The position numbers and the translations under genes were made by a program. The notes beneath the pieces were generated by a model. It was given only the letters and a program-made list of their open reading frames with translations, had not been told where the DNA came from and did no database searches. From positions 1-61,513 of the forward strand of contig DASYQJ010000236.1 in assembly GCA_036005605.1 (NCBI GenBank): 61,513 bases of DNA, written 5' to 3'. This stretch comes from Acidimicrobiia bacterium. GTDB lineage: Bacteria; Actinomycetota; Acidimicrobiia; IMCC26256; JACDBD01. The first letter of the stretch is position 1; each line of letters opens with the position of its first letter. Below are positions 18,203-28,645 of this stretch, one piece after another.

Positions 18203-18994
18203 CTACGAGGTGACCGGAACGGGCGGACCCTGGCCGGCGCGGGTCAACGGGCGGGCGAGCGCGTACCCGATGCCGAGCACGGCGAAGCCACCGACGGCGT
18301 CGAGGATGTAGTGATTGCCGGTGAGGACGATCACGGTGACCGTGCCGACCGGGTACAGCACGAACGCGGCCTTGACCCAGCGGCGCCGGACCCGGGGCAC
18401 CATCACGCACGTGCACCAGAGCGCCCACGCGCAATGCACGCTGGGCATCGCCGCGAACTGGTTCGAGATCTTGCTGACCGCGCCCGAGTTGAAGGACCAG
18501 AACGTGGGGTACTTCGCCAGCGTGTCGACGAAGCCGTAGCTCTCGGGCAGCAGGCGCGGCGGCATCAGCGGCCACAGGATGAAGCCGATCAGTGCGAGCC
18601 CGGTCGTGATGGCGAGCGTGTTGCGCCACAGCGGCCAGTCGTCGCTCCACTTGCGGAACAGGTAGATCCCGACGCCCGCCGTCACGACGAAATGCAGCGA
18701 CCCGTAGAAGTAGTTGCAGGCGACGATGAGCGGCTTGAAGTGCAGGGCCCACTCCTGAAGGACCTGCTCGTGGTTGATGCCGAGGACCTCTTGGATGCGG
18801 ATGAGCTCTTTGGCGTGGGTGAACGCCTCGGCCGTGCCACCTTGGTTGGCGTTCCGGATCGCCGAGTACACGAGGTAGAACGCGACGACGGCGAGGATCT
18901 CGAGCCACCAGTAGATGTAGTGGCCGTCGCGGAGCCGGCGTCCGCCCGGCAGCCGAGGAAGCACACGGCCCTCGGGCCGCTCCAGGATGCTCAC
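18203..18994 (-). CDS. PAP2-superfamily membrane protein (PAP2_C / IPC-synthase-like)
   Basis: Multi-TM with AAMPSVHCAWALW...TGNHYILDAVGG, the PAP2 C2/C3 motifs. The GTG at 18994 overlaps the upstream stop (GTGA). The rest of track ORF 18203-19945 is out-of-frame read-through. Confidence 0.75.
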   Translation of the reverse strand: MSILERPEGRVLPRLPGGRRLRDGHYIYWWLEILAVVAFYLVYSAIRNANQGGTAEAFTHAKELIRIQEVLGINHEQVLQEWALHFKPLIVACNYFYGSLHFVVTAGVGIYLFRKWSDDWPLWRNTLAITTGLALIGFILWPLMPPRLLPESYGFVDTLAKYPTFWSFNSGAVSKISNQFAAMPSVHCAWALWCTCVMVPRVRRRWVKAAFVLYPVGTVTVIVLTGNHYILDAVGGFAVLGIGYALARPLTRAGQGPPVPVTS

Positions 18995-19995
18995 GGGTTG
19001 CTTGTGTCGCCGCCCGAACCGGTGGCCGAGCGCACCGCGCGCTGGCCCATGGCGAATGCCGGTGCGCCGAGGAGACTCACGATGAGCAGCATCCCGTACC
19101 AGAAGAGGCCGAGGGCGACTGCACTCGACGTCGACACGCCGAGCGGATGCAGCAACAGCACGAGCAGACCCTCGCGTACACCGAACCCGCTCACGGACAG
19201 CGGGACCGTCTGTCCCATCGCGACGGCCGGAATGAACGCGATCACCGCCGCGGTCGGGATCGAGATGTCGAGCGCCTGCACCGCGCAGTACAGGGAGGCA
19301 ACGACCGAGAGTTGATAGACGACCGCCGCGCCGAGCACGCCGAATGCGTCGCGCGGATGGTGCCGGAGTCGGTCGATGCCGACGTGCACCGCGCCGATGA
19401 ACCGCATCCAGTTCTCGCGTTCGGCGAAGCGGCCGGCGATCTTCGGGTGTCCGGCGACCACGAGAATCAGGGCGAGGAGTACCAGTGTGCCGAACGCGAT
19501 CGCGAGGGCGATCCACGCGTGATTGTTGTCGAGCAGCGACGGACGGAGCAGGAAGCCGATGAACACGAGCAGCGGCAGCGCGATGAACCCCGACAATCGT
19601 TCCAGGACGACCGAGGCGAATGCCACGCTGCCCGACCCGGTCGTGGTCGCGCCCCTGCTCACGCGCACCACGTCGCCGCCGATCGTCGACGGGAGCACGT
19701 TCCCGACGAACTGCCCCGCGAAGTAGTGCTTCGTCAGCGTCCGCAACGGGACCCGGACGTCGAACACGTCGAGGACGCGCTGCCAGCGCCAGGCCGAGAG
19801 GACGATGCCGAGCCCCGTGATGATCAGGCCGGCGACGAGGAAGGCGAGCGTCGAGAAGTGGCGCCGCTCGGGGAGCAGGTCCTCGGGGTGGATCTTCGTG
19901 ACCAGCACCGCGAGCAGCACCGCGCTGACGATGACACGCAGCCATCGGCCCAGGGACTGGCGGCGCGACGTTGCCGCGCTGTCGGTCACGGCCAT
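18991..19995 (-). CDS. lysylphosphatidylglycerol-synthase-TM-like (UPF0104, flippase-like) membrane protein
   Basis: 334 aa, 7-8 TM, with the motif FVGNVLPSTIGGDVVRV typical of the LPG_synthase_TM family. Confidence 0.75.
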   Translation of the reverse strand: MAVTDSAATSRRQSLGRWLRVIVSAVLLAVLVTKIHPEDLLPERRHFSTLAFLVAGLIITGLGIVLSAWRWQRVLDVFDVRVPLRTLTKHYFAGQFVGNVLPSTIGGDVVRVSRGATTTGSGSVAFASVVLERLSGFIALPLLVFIGFLLRPSLLDNNHAWIALAIAFGTLVLLALILVVAGHPKIAGRFAERENWMRFIGAVHVGIDRLRHHPRDAFGVLGAAVVYQLSVVASLYCAVQALDISIPTAAVIAFIPAVAMGQTVPLSVSGFGVREGLLVLLLHPLGVSTSSAVALGLFWYGMLLIVSLLGAPAFAMGQRAVRSATGSGGDTSNP

Positions 19996-20076
19996 CGGCG
20001 TAGCCTACAAGCGCCTCCTGGCCTGCCCTGACGACGCCGGCGGACGATGGAGGCGAGGTTCGGGAGGGGAATCGGC

Positions 20077-20904
20077 ATGCGGATGACCATGGACGACGGC
20101 GTGGCTCTCGAGGTCACCGACACCGGGAGCGGGCCGGGGCTGCTGCTCGTCCACGGGTTCGGCGGCGCCAAGGAGGACTTCGCCGACCACGTCGACGCGT
20201 TGGCGGCGTGGCACCGGGTGGTGACCTTGGACCACCGCGGCCACGGCGCGAGCGGCAAGCCGGACGATGCGGCCGCGTACTCGCTCGACCGGATGGCCGC
20301 CGACGTGGTCGCCGTCGCCGACGGGCTCGGCATCGACGCCTTTCGGCTGCTCGGGCACTCGATGGGCGGCATGGTGTCGCGGCGGGTCGTGCTGGCGGAA
20401 CCGGAGCGGATCGACGCGCTCGTCCTCATGGACACGTCACCGGGGCCGATCCCTCGGCTCGACCCGGAGCTGGCCGAGCTCGCCGCCGGGATCATGCTCG
20501 AGCAGGGCAAGGACGTCCTCAAGCCGATGCTCGACGAGGCGGGAACGCTCGAGTCGCCTGCGCATCTGCGCCTCCTCGCCGAACGGCCCGAGATGCTGGA
20601 GTACGAGGCACGGAACTGGCAGGCGCTGTCACCGGTGATGTGGGCGACGATGCTCCTGGAGCTCGTGCACCAACCCGACCAGCTCGAGTTGCTCGCCGGT
20701 GTGCATTGCCCGACGCTGGTCATCGTGGGCGATCAGGACGAGCCGTTCGTCGACGCGTCGCGCGCCATGGCTGCCGTTATTCCCGGCGCCGAGCTGGTCG
20801 TCGTGCGCGACGCCGGTCACTCGCCGCAGTTCGAGAACCCGGGCCCGTGGTTCGAGGCGCTGGACGGCTTCCTGCTCGGGGTCGAGCGCGCGCCGGCCGC
20901 GTGA
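20077..20904 (+). CDS. alpha/beta hydrolase
   Basis: HGFGG oxyanion region, nucleophile elbow GHSMGG, C-terminal DAGHSPQFE. The ATG at 20077 lies 9 nt after GGGAGG. Confidence 0.85.
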   Translation: MRMTMDDGVALEVTDTGSGPGLLLVHGFGGAKEDFADHVDALAAWHRVVTLDHRGHGASGKPDDAAAYSLDRMAADVVAVADGLGIDAFRLLGHSMGGMVSRRVVLAEPERIDALVLMDTSPGPIPRLDPELAELAAGIMLEQGKDVLKPMLDEAGTLESPAHLRLLAERPEMLEYEARNWQALSPVMWATMLLELVHQPDQLELLAGVHCPTLVIVGDQDEPFVDASRAMAAVIPGAELVVVRDAGHSPQFENPGPWFEALDGFLLGVERAPAA

Positions 20905-22538
20905 CGGAGCAGCTCGAGGCCGACGGCGGTCGGTTGGCGGCCGAGACGCTTCGCCGCCACGACGTCGACACGCTCTTCACGCTGTCGGGCGGGCATCTCT
21001 TCCCCCTCTACGACGGATGCGTCAAGACCGCCATCCGGCTGGTCGACACACGCCACGAGCAGACGGCGACGTTCGCGGCCGAGGGTTGGGCGAAGGTGAC
21101 CCGCAGCCCGGGGGCCGCTGCGCTGACCGCGGGGCCGGGCGTCACGAACGGCGTGAGCGCCATCACGTCGGCGTCGCTCAACGGGACGCCGATGCTCGTG
21201 CTCGGCGGACGCGCACCGCAGGCGCGGTGGGGCGCCGGGTCGCTGCAGGAGCTCGACCACGTGCCGATCGTCTCGTCGATCACGAAGACGGCACGCACCG
21301 CAACCGCGCCTGAACAGATCCCGGAGCTCGTCGACGCCGCGCTACGCGCCGCGTGCACGCCGCATCGTGGCCCGGCGTTCGTCGACATCCCGCTCGACGC
21401 CTGGGGCGGCGCCTCGGCGACGCTGGCTGATCCTCCCCGGCCCGACGAGCTGGCCGGCGCCGCGCCCGACGGCGACGCGATCGCGGCGGTCGCCAAGCTC
21501 GTCGACGAAGCCGACCGACCCGTCCTCATGGTCGGGGCGGACGTCTTCTGGGCCCGAGGAGAGGATGCTCTCCGCGCCTTCGCGGAGGCCGCGCGCCTGC
21601 CTGTCTTCGCCAACGGCCTGGGACGCGGGCTGCTGCCGGCCGACCACGAGCTCGCCTTCTCGCGGGTACGGGGAGCCGCCTTCGCGGAGGCCGACCTGGT
21701 CGTGGTGGCGGGCGCGCCCCTGGACTTCCGTCTCGGGTTCGGGCGGTTCGGCGACGCCCGCGTCGTGCACCTGGCCGACTCCGCCGCCGGCGTGGCACGA
21801 AGCGTGGACCTCGCGGCCGGCGCAGCGGGGGACCTCGCCCGCATGCTCGCGGGACTCGCCGACGCGACGCGCGTGTCGCCGTCGAGCCGCGACCGGGACG
21901 GATGGGTGACGCGGCTACGTGAAGAGGAGGACGCGCGCCGAGCCCGCGAGGTGGACGACCTGGACGCCGACGCGTCGCCGATCAGGCCGACGCGCGTGTA
22001 CGGCGAGCTCCGCCGCCGCCTCGACCGCGACGCGATCGTCATCGGCGACGGCGGCGACTTCGTGTCGTACGCAGGCAAGTACGTCGACACGTACCGGCCC
22101 GGCGGGTTCATCGACCCCGGGCCGTACGGCTGTCTCGGCACGGGGTGCGGGTACGCGCTCGCCGCCGCGCTCGCGCATCCGGGGCGGCAGGTCGTCGTGA
22201 TGTGGGGCGACGGCGCGCTCGGGTTCTCGCTCGGCGACCTCGACACCCTCGTGCGCTTCGGCGCCGACGTCGTCGGCATCGTCGGCAACAACGGGATCTG
22301 GGGGCTCGAGAAGCACCCGATGCAGCTCATCTACGGCTACGACGTGGTCGCCGAGCTGCGTCCCGGGACGCGCTACGACGAGGTGATGACCTCGCTCGGC
22401 GGTCACGGCGAGCTCGTCGCCGAACCCGGTGCGATCGGTCCCGCCCTCGACCGGGCGTTCGCCACCCCTGGCCCCTCGCTCGTGAACGTCCTCACCGACC
22501 CCGACGACGCCTACCCGCGCTCGAGCAATCTGGCTTAG
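20901..22538 (+). CDS. thiamine-diphosphate-dependent enzyme (acetolactate synthase large subunit-like)
   Basis: The N-terminal TPP-PYR domain has HEQTATFAAEGWAK and GPGVTNG. The C-terminal TPP-binding motif is GDGGDF...GNNG. The GTG at 20901 overlaps the upstream stop. Confidence 0.85.
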   Translation: MTEQLEADGGRLAAETLRRHDVDTLFTLSGGHLFPLYDGCVKTAIRLVDTRHEQTATFAAEGWAKVTRSPGAAALTAGPGVTNGVSAITSASLNGTPMLVLGGRAPQARWGAGSLQELDHVPIVSSITKTARTATAPEQIPELVDAALRAACTPHRGPAFVDIPLDAWGGASATLADPPRPDELAGAAPDGDAIAAVAKLVDEADRPVLMVGADVFWARGEDALRAFAEAARLPVFANGLGRGLLPADHELAFSRVRGAAFAEADLVVVAGAPLDFRLGFGRFGDARVVHLADSAAGVARSVDLAAGAAGDLARMLAGLADATRVSPSSRDRDGWVTRLREEEDARRAREVDDLDADASPIRPTRVYGELRRRLDRDAIVIGDGGDFVSYAGKYVDTYRPGGFIDPGPYGCLGTGCGYALAAALAHPGRQVVVMWGDGALGFSLGDLDTLVRFGADVVGIVGNNGIWGLEKHPMQLIYGYDVVAELRPGTRYDEVMTSLGGHGELVAEPGAIGPALDRAFATPGPSLVNVLTDPDDAYPRSSNLA

Positions 22539-23062
22539 GCCGACCTGCTCGTCACCGGTGTGTCCACGAACCCGAACTGCCCGCCGCACGGCCGCCATTT
22601 GCCGCCGATCTCCTGCAGGCGGATCCGCACGATGCCCGAGTCGCCGCCGCCGACGCCCGGGCTGAGGTCGGCCTCGACCGTCGCCCGATTGCCGTCGATG
22701 TGGACCTCGAACGGGCTGACCTCGTAGTCGTCGACCCCGAAGACGACGATCCGGTCGACGGTGTCCGCGAGTGATCGGGGTGACCCGTCCACTCTCTCCG
22801 TCGCGCAGAGTTGGCCGAACGCGGCCTGGTAGTCGCGGCGCGATATGTCGCGCAGGTAGTCGTTGGCGGCGTCGATCGGTGGCTTGATCTTCTGGATCCA
22901 GATCGTCCCGCTCGCGATTGCGAGGCCGACGATCACGATGACGGCGCCGACGAGCAGGTAGATCCAGACGCGGCGACGGTGCGGCCTCGGGGGTCGGGGG
23001 GCCCACGAGGGGGGCGGGGGTGGCGCGGTCCACGGCGCCGACGGCGGGGGTTGCCCGGCCAC
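22535..23062 (-). CDS. membrane-anchored hypothetical protein (Pro-rich N-terminus, 1 TM, NTF2-like ectodomain; Rv0361-like)
   Basis: VAGQPPPSAPWTAPPPPPSWAPRPPRPHRRRVWIYLLVGAVIVIVGLAIA... GTG at 23062 is preceded by GGGAG. The remaining upstream part of track ORF 22535-24439 runs antisense to tldD. Confidence 0.5.
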   Translation of the reverse strand: MAGQPPPSAPWTAPPPPPSWAPRPPRPHRRRVWIYLLVGAVIVIVGLAIASGTIWIQKIKPPIDAANDYLRDISRRDYQAAFGQLCATERVDGSPRSLADTVDRIVVFGVDDYEVSPFEVHIDGNRATVEADLSPGVGGGDSGIVRIRLQEIGGKWRPCGGQFGFVDTPVTSRSA

Positions 23063-23067
23063 CGGCG

Positions 23068-23451
23068 TCAGCTCCCTGTGGCCTTCTCGAGGAAGCGGGC
23101 CCGCTCGACGACGACCCGGGTGATCTTTCCCGCCGCCACGAGACCACGCGCGTCGGTCACGGACACTCGAAACGTGAGCCGCCGCCCCTGCACGGCCTCC
23201 AGCATCGCCTCCGCCTTGACGTGGCTCCCGACCGCGGTCGGAGCGAGGTGGTCGAGCTGCACGCGGTAGCCGACGGTCGTGCTGCCCTCCTCGAGGCGGT
23301 CGCCGACGGCGAGGACGGTGGCCGACTCCGCCAGGCCGACGACGCGCCCGGTCGCCAGGACGGGCACGCTTCCGCTCTGGAACGCGGGAGCGGTGTCGTC
23401 GTTCGTGACGACCATCTCGACGACTCCCACAAGTCCTGGCTGCAGAGGCAC
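23068..23451 (-). CDS. hotdog-fold thioesterase family protein
   Basis: 127 aa with ATGRVVGLAE...VGYRV...HLAPT...GRRLTFRV. This is the pattern of the small FlK/YbgC-like hotdog thioesterases. Confidence 0.7.
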   Translation of the reverse strand: MPLQPGLVGVVEMVVTNDDTAPAFQSGSVPVLATGRVVGLAESATVLAVGDRLEEGSTTVGYRVQLDHLAPTAVGSHVKAEAMLEAVQGRRLTFRVSVTDARGLVAAGKITRVVVERARFLEKATGS

Positions 23452-23504
23452 CGGCGTAGGGTAGCTGTGGCGACTGAGCCAATGAACACCGATAGGGAGC
23501 CGCG

Positions 23505-24896
23505 ATGATCGACGAACATGTTCTCGATCGCACGCTGCATGTCGCGTTGCGCGCGGGTGGTGACTTCGCCGAGGTCTTCGCCGAGGATCGCCGCGCGTCG
23601 TCGGCGCGCCTGGACGACGGCAAGGTCGAAGAGCTCACGTCCGGTCGGGACCGGGGTGCCGGCATCAGGGTGGTGCGGGGCGAGACGACCGGGTTCGCGC
23701 ACACCGCCGACCTGTCGGAGGCGGGCCTGGAAGAGGCAGCGGGCGCGGCGGCGGCCGCCGCGCGCGGCGGGGAGGGCACGACCAACGTCGTCGGCCTCGA
23801 GCGCCGGGACGTCACGCCGCCCCACGAGGTGCGCGTGCAGCCGGAGTCGGTGGAGAAGGCGCGGAAGGTGCAGACGCTCGCGCGGGCCGACGACGCCGCC
23901 CGCGCCGAGGGCGACGCCATCCGGCAGGTCAGCGTGTCGTATGCGGATTCGCGCCGCCGCATCCTCGTGGCCAACTCCGACGGGCTGCTGGCCGAGGACG
24001 ACCAGGTGCGGACGCGCTTCTTCGTGCAGACGGTCGCCGTCGCCGACACGGGCATGCAGACGGGGATGGAGGCGCCGGGCCTGACCGTCGGTTTCGAGCT
24101 CTTCGACGACATCGACCCGGAGGAAGTGGCGCGTACCTCCGCCCGGCGGGCGCTCACGATGCTGCGGGCGAGGCCGGCGCCGACCGGCAAGTTGCCCGTG
24201 GTATTGAAGAAGGGCGCCGGCGGCGTCCTGTTCCACGAGGCTTGCGGCCACGGCCTCGAAGCCGACCTTGTCGCGAAGGACGCGTCGGTGTTCCGCGGCC
24301 GCGCCGGCGAGCAGGTCGCGTCGCCCCTTGTCACCTTGGTCGACGACGGGACGCTGGCGCGCGAGTGGGGCGCGTACGCCATTGACGACGAGGGCGCGCC
24401 GGCGCGCCACAACGTGCTCATCGAGGGCGGTGTCCTCACCGACTACATGTGGGACCTGATCCGCGCGCGGAAGGAAGGACGAGAGCAGAGCGGGAACGGA
24501 CGGCGAGAGACGTACCAGCACCTCCCGATGGTGCGCATGACGAACACGTACCTCCTCGAGGGGGAGGACGATCCCGACGAGATCGTGCGCCAGACGCCGT
24601 ATGGCATCTACTGCGCCCAGCTCGGGGGTGGGCAGGTGAACACGGCAACGGGCGACTTCGTGTTCGGGATGACCGAGGCCTACCTCATCGAGAACGGCGA
24701 GATCACCGAGCCGGTACGCGCCGCCAACCTCATCGGCAACGGCCCCGAGACGCTCCGCCACGTCGACGCGCTCGGCAACGACTTCGGAACCTGGCCCGGG
24801 ACGTGCGGCAAGTTCGGGCAGGGCGTGCCCGTCTCCGCCGGACAGCCGACGCTCCGCGTCTCGGAACTGACCATCGGCGGCACCGCCGGTGAGTGA
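23505..24896 (+). CDS. tldD: TldD family metalloprotease
   Basis: 463 aa with HEACGHGLEAD (HExxxH-type) and a C-terminal GGQV..ATGDF motif. Confidence 0.9.
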   Translation: MIDEHVLDRTLHVALRAGGDFAEVFAEDRRASSARLDDGKVEELTSGRDRGAGIRVVRGETTGFAHTADLSEAGLEEAAGAAAAAARGGEGTTNVVGLERRDVTPPHEVRVQPESVEKARKVQTLARADDAARAEGDAIRQVSVSYADSRRRILVANSDGLLAEDDQVRTRFFVQTVAVADTGMQTGMEAPGLTVGFELFDDIDPEEVARTSARRALTMLRARPAPTGKLPVVLKKGAGGVLFHEACGHGLEADLVAKDASVFRGRAGEQVASPLVTLVDDGTLAREWGAYAIDDEGAPARHNVLIEGGVLTDYMWDLIRARKEGREQSGNGRRETYQHLPMVRMTNTYLLEGEDDPDEIVRQTPYGIYCAQLGGGQVNTATGDFVFGMTEAYLIENGEITEPVRAANLIGNGPETLRHVDALGNDFGTWPGTCGKFGQGVPVSAGQPTLRVSELTIGGTAGE

Positions 24897-26256
24897 CGGA
24901 TCGTCGGGAGAATTGCTCGACCTCGCGCGGCGGATCGCAGGCGCGGCTCGCAACGGCGAGGAGGTCGAGGCGTACGTCGTGCGCTCACGCGAGACCGAAG
25001 TGCGTGTCTTCGACGGCGACGTGGAGTCGCTGTCGATGGCGGGCGTGGAGGGCGTCGGCGTGCGAGTGATCAGTGACCACCGGCAGGGCTTCGCCTGGGC
25101 CGGATCCCTCGAGACCGACGTCGTCGACGAGACGCTGGACGAGGCCCGCGACAACGCCGGGTTCGGCGAGCCCGACGAGTGGAACGGCCTGCCGTCGCCG
25201 TCCGACTTCGAATCGGTTGCTCCCGCCGAGCTCGACGTGTGGCGCGAGTCGCTCCTCGCCGTGCCCCCGGACGACAAGGTGACACTCGCCCTCGACCTCG
25301 AGCGCGCGACCCGCTCCGCCGATTCCCGCGTGCGGGGCGTCGAGTACGCGGGGTACGGCGACACCGCCGTCGAGGCGGCCGTGGCGAGCTCGTTGGGAGT
25401 GGCCGCGACGAGTCGGCGCACGATGTGCTCATGCTCGTCGCTCGCGATCGCGGGCGACTCGGACGACACGCAGACCGGCTACGGCTTCTCCGCCGGTCGC
25501 GCGTTCGACGACCTGGACGCCGCCGATGCGGCGAGCACTTCGGCGGAGCGCGCCGTGCGGTTGCTCGGGGCGACGAAGCCGCGGACGCAGCGGCTGCCCG
25601 TCGTGCTCGATCCGCTCGTGACGCGCTCCTTGCTCGCCATTCTCGGGTCGGCGCTGGGCGGCGAATCGGTGCTGAAGAACCGTTCGATGTTCGTGGGGCG
25701 CGACGGCGAGCAGGTGGCCGCGCCTGCGGTCACACTGCGCGACGACCCGACGCTTTCCGCCGCGCTCGGCGCCGCCAGCCACGACGCCGAGGGCGTCCCG
25801 ACCCGGCGGGTCGACCTCATCGCCGGCGGCGTGCTGCTCGGCTACCTGCACAACGCCTATACCGGCCGGCGGTCGGGCGCGGCCACGACCGGGTCGGCGG
25901 TGCGAGGCGGTTTCAAGTCGACGCCCGGCGTCGGCGCCCGCGCCCTCCACCTCGAGCCCGGGGCGCTCGGGCCCGACGAGATCCTCGCCGCCGTGCCGGG
26001 GGCGCTGTACGTCCAGTCGGTGAGCGGGCTGCACTCGGGCACCAACCCCGTGAGCGGCGACTTCTCGGTCGGCGCCGAGGGGCTCATGGTCCGCGACGGC
26101 CAGCTCGCCGAGCCGGTGCGCGAGGTGACGATCGCCTCGACCCTGCAGCGGATCCTGCTCGACGTGGGGGAGATCGGGTCCGACCTCACCTGGCTGCCGG
26201 GCGGCGGCGCCGGCATGACATTGCTGGTGACCGAAATGACCATGAGCGGCGAATAG
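24889..26256 (+). CDS. pmbA: PmbA/TldE family protein
   Basis: 455 aa, paralogous to TldD without the HExxxH motif. It overlaps the tldD stop by 8 nt and ends ...GLHSGTNPVSGDFSVGAEG.... Confidence 0.85.
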   Translation: MSDGSSGELLDLARRIAGAARNGEEVEAYVVRSRETEVRVFDGDVESLSMAGVEGVGVRVISDHRQGFAWAGSLETDVVDETLDEARDNAGFGEPDEWNGLPSPSDFESVAPAELDVWRESLLAVPPDDKVTLALDLERATRSADSRVRGVEYAGYGDTAVEAAVASSLGVAATSRRTMCSCSSLAIAGDSDDTQTGYGFSAGRAFDDLDAADAASTSAERAVRLLGATKPRTQRLPVVLDPLVTRSLLAILGSALGGESVLKNRSMFVGRDGEQVAAPAVTLRDDPTLSAALGAASHDAEGVPTRRVDLIAGGVLLGYLHNAYTGRRSGAATTGSAVRGGFKSTPGVGARALHLEPGALGPDEILAAVPGALYVQSVSGLHSGTNPVSGDFSVGAEGLMVRDGQLAEPVREVTIASTLQRILLDVGEIGSDLTWLPGGGAGMTLLVTEMTMSGE

Positions 26257-26264
26257 TCCGACGC

Positions 26265-26993
26265 TCAGGCGGAGCGCGTCCCCCGCCGGTCGAGGATGGC
26301 GTCGAGCTCGCTGATTGGGGCCAGCGGTTCGTCGCCGAAGTGGACGGCTTCGATGCCGACGTCGCGGGCGGCGTCGACGTTGTCGCGGTTGTCGTCGACG
26401 AAGACGCTCGCCGTCGGCGACACGCCGAGACGCTCACACGTCAACAAATAGATGCGCGGGTCGGGCTTGCGCATGCCGACCTCACTCGAGTCCACGACGA
26501 CCTCGAACAACTCGTCGACGGGGAACGTGGCCCGCCAGGCCGAACCGAACTCCTTGACGTTGTTCGTGAGCAATCCAACCTTGAGCCCGTCGCTCCGAAG
26601 GCGCCGGATCCGGTGCACCACCGGCCAGTGGATACCGAGCGGCATGTCGCGCGTGAAGCGCTGGTAAGCGTCGAGGTCGATCTCGCGGCCGAGCACTGTC
26701 GGCGCCCGCTCGATGACGCCGGCCATGTACTCGTCGATGGCGATGTCGCCGACCTCGAGACGGTGCCAGTCGTGCGTCACGGCCGAGGCCGCCTCGGAGG
26801 CGGCGCCGTCGATCGGGTCGCCGCCGGCCGGGTTCCCCTCCGCGCCGATGTACGCGGTCTCGCCGAAGATCAGCTCGAGGATGGAGCCGGCCGGGTAGCC
26901 CATGTCGGTCTCGAAGCGGCCGATGCCGCGGAACAGCGGACTCGAGATCACACCCCCGTAGTCCCAGATGACCGCTTCGACCGGGGCGTCCAC
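26265..26993 (-). CDS. HAD-superfamily hydrolase (subfamily IA-like)
   Basis: Motif I reads VIWDYGGV (DxG). The later motifs are GLLTNN, KPDPRIY and FVDDNRDNV. Confidence 0.8.
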   Translation of the reverse strand: MDAPVEAVIWDYGGVISSPLFRGIGRFETDMGYPAGSILELIFGETAYIGAEGNPAGGDPIDGAASEAASAVTHDWHRLEVGDIAIDEYMAGVIERAPTVLGREIDLDAYQRFTRDMPLGIHWPVVHRIRRLRSDGLKVGLLTNNVKEFGSAWRATFPVDELFEVVVDSSEVGMRKPDPRIYLLTCERLGVSPTASVFVDDNRDNVDAARDVGIEAVHFGDEPLAPISELDAILDRRGTRSA

Positions 26994-27013
26994 TCGTGCA
27001 GGTTACCGACGCT

Positions 27014-27847
27014 TTACCGCAGGCCGGTGGCGAAGACGAGGATGACGGCGGCGCCGGCGGCGATCCGGTAGATGACGAACGGCGTGAACGTGTGCGTCTG
27101 CAGGAACTTGAGCAGCAATGCGATCACGATGAACGCGCTGATCGCGGCCGCGAGCATTCCCCACAGGAACGGCGCCACGTAGTTGTCGGGGATGCCACCA
27201 TCCCGTACGACCTCGACACCCTTGAAGAGCCCGGCGCCGGCGATGATCGGCAGGCTCATCAGGAACGACAGGCGCGTGGCCGCCGTGCGGTCGAACTGGA
27301 GCCAGCGGCCCATCGAGATCGTGATGCCGGAGCGGGAGACACCGGGCTGCAGCGCCACCGCCTGCGCGCCGCCCATCAACAGCGCGTCGCGCAGCCGGAA
27401 CTCGTCCTGGTGGCGCCGGTTCGGGAGCCGGTCGGCGAGGTACAGCACGACGGCGAACACGATGAACATCACGCCGATCAGAACGGGCTGGCCGAGGTGG
27501 TCTTCGATGACGCTTTCCAACGCGGCGCCGAGGATCGCGCCCGGCACGGCCGACAGCAGCAGCAGCCACGCCATGCGCTCGTCGACGGAGCGGATCGAGC
27601 GTCGCCACAGCGACCGCCACCCGGCGGCGATGTAGCGGGCGAGGTCGTTGCGGAAGTACCACGCCGCGCCCACGAACGTGCCGACGTGCAACGCGACGTC
27701 GAACGTCTTGTTGAGGCTCGGGTGGTCGGTCAACTCGGTCCACCTGAACAGCTCGGGCACGAGGAGGAGGTGACCGCTCGACGAGATCGGCAGGAACTCG
27801 GAGAAGCCCTGCACGAGGCCCAGCACGATGGCGTGGAGGATCGGCAC
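27014..27847 (-). CDS. uppP: undecaprenyl-diphosphate phosphatase
   Basis: MPILHAIVLGLVQGFSEFLPISSSGHL... and ...PGVSRSGITI are the BacA/UppP signatures. Confidence 0.95.
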   Translation of the reverse strand: MPILHAIVLGLVQGFSEFLPISSSGHLLLVPELFRWTELTDHPSLNKTFDVALHVGTFVGAAWYFRNDLARYIAAGWRSLWRRSIRSVDERMAWLLLLSAVPGAILGAALESVIEDHLGQPVLIGVMFIVFAVVLYLADRLPNRRHQDEFRLRDALLMGGAQAVALQPGVSRSGITISMGRWLQFDRTAATRLSFLMSLPIIAGAGLFKGVEVVRDGGIPDNYVAPFLWGMLAAAISAFIVIALLLKFLQTHTFTPFVIYRIAAGAAVILVFATGLR

Positions 27848-27883
27848 GGCGCGGGAGCCTATGTGTCGGCGGTCAGTGGTCGG

Positions 27884-28555
27884 TCAGCGGGCGGCATCCT
27901 CGGGCGGGACCAGTGCCAGGGTGACGACGCCAGCTGCGGCCGCGAACGCGAGCCTGGGCGCGTCCTCTTCGGTCACGAGCAGCGTCACGCCGAGACCCCC
28001 GGCGCCGCGATCGCCGGCACGCGTCTCGACTGCGGCGGGGGTCTCGTCGGTGCCGAGCACGAGCACTCCTCGCGCCGCGACAACGGTGGGCGCGCCGCCG
28101 GCGGCGGCATCGCTCGATTCGAACGTCACGAGGACGTCGACCGAGCTCCCGACCGGTGGCCGCAGGGCGTCGCGCGCGACGATCCGCAACGCGCGCATGC
28201 CCGGTGGGATCGCGCCGTCGAGGCCGGTGCGTCCGCGCGCCGCGACGTTGCCCTTGACCACGAACGCACCGCGCACGACGGGGACAGCGACCACGCGCCC
28301 GTCGGCGGCGCCGGGCGACAGGGCACCCGAGGGCAGCTGCGAACGGTGCACGGAGCGTGCGCGGACGTCGCCCCGGTCGATCGTCGATCCGAGGGGAAGG
28401 TCACGAGTGGCGACGGCGACCGGTCGCGTCGACCCGAGCGAGTGGGCGCGCCGGTGCAGCGCGGCGAGGTCGGTCGCGACGAGAGCCGCCGTCACGACGG
28501 CAACGAGGACCGCGCCGACCCACAGGAGCACGGCACGCGGTGAACGGCGAGACAT
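27884..28555 (-). CDS. SAF-domain / CpaB-like protein
   Basis: 223 aa with an N-terminal TM segment, then VAVATRDLPLGSTIDRGDV (SAF), followed by a beta-rich C-terminus. Confidence 0.65.
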   Translation of the reverse strand: MSRRSPRAVLLWVGAVLVAVVTAALVATDLAALHRRAHSLGSTRPVAVATRDLPLGSTIDRGDVRARSVHRSQLPSGALSPGAADGRVVAVPVVRGAFVVKGNVAARGRTGLDGAIPPGMRALRIVARDALRPPVGSSVDVLVTFESSDAAAGGAPTVVAARGVLVLGTDETPAAVETRAGDRGAGGLGVTLLVTEEDAPRLAFAAAAGVVTLALVPPEDAAR

Positions 28556-28645
28556 GGCGGAACCCCTTCTCGAGCTGAAGCGCGCGGCGCGCGCGGGGAA
28601 GGGGAGGTGAACCGGGGGAGAGGCGGGGAGCCGTGCGGAGCGACG

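Noticed and set aside
23068-23451. The FlK-like hotdog thioesterase as a possible fluorometabolite link to the crcB/fluoride riboswitch locus.
   Set aside because: It is 9 kb away in a different transcription unit. This thioesterase fold is widespread. No fluorinase or related genes are present.
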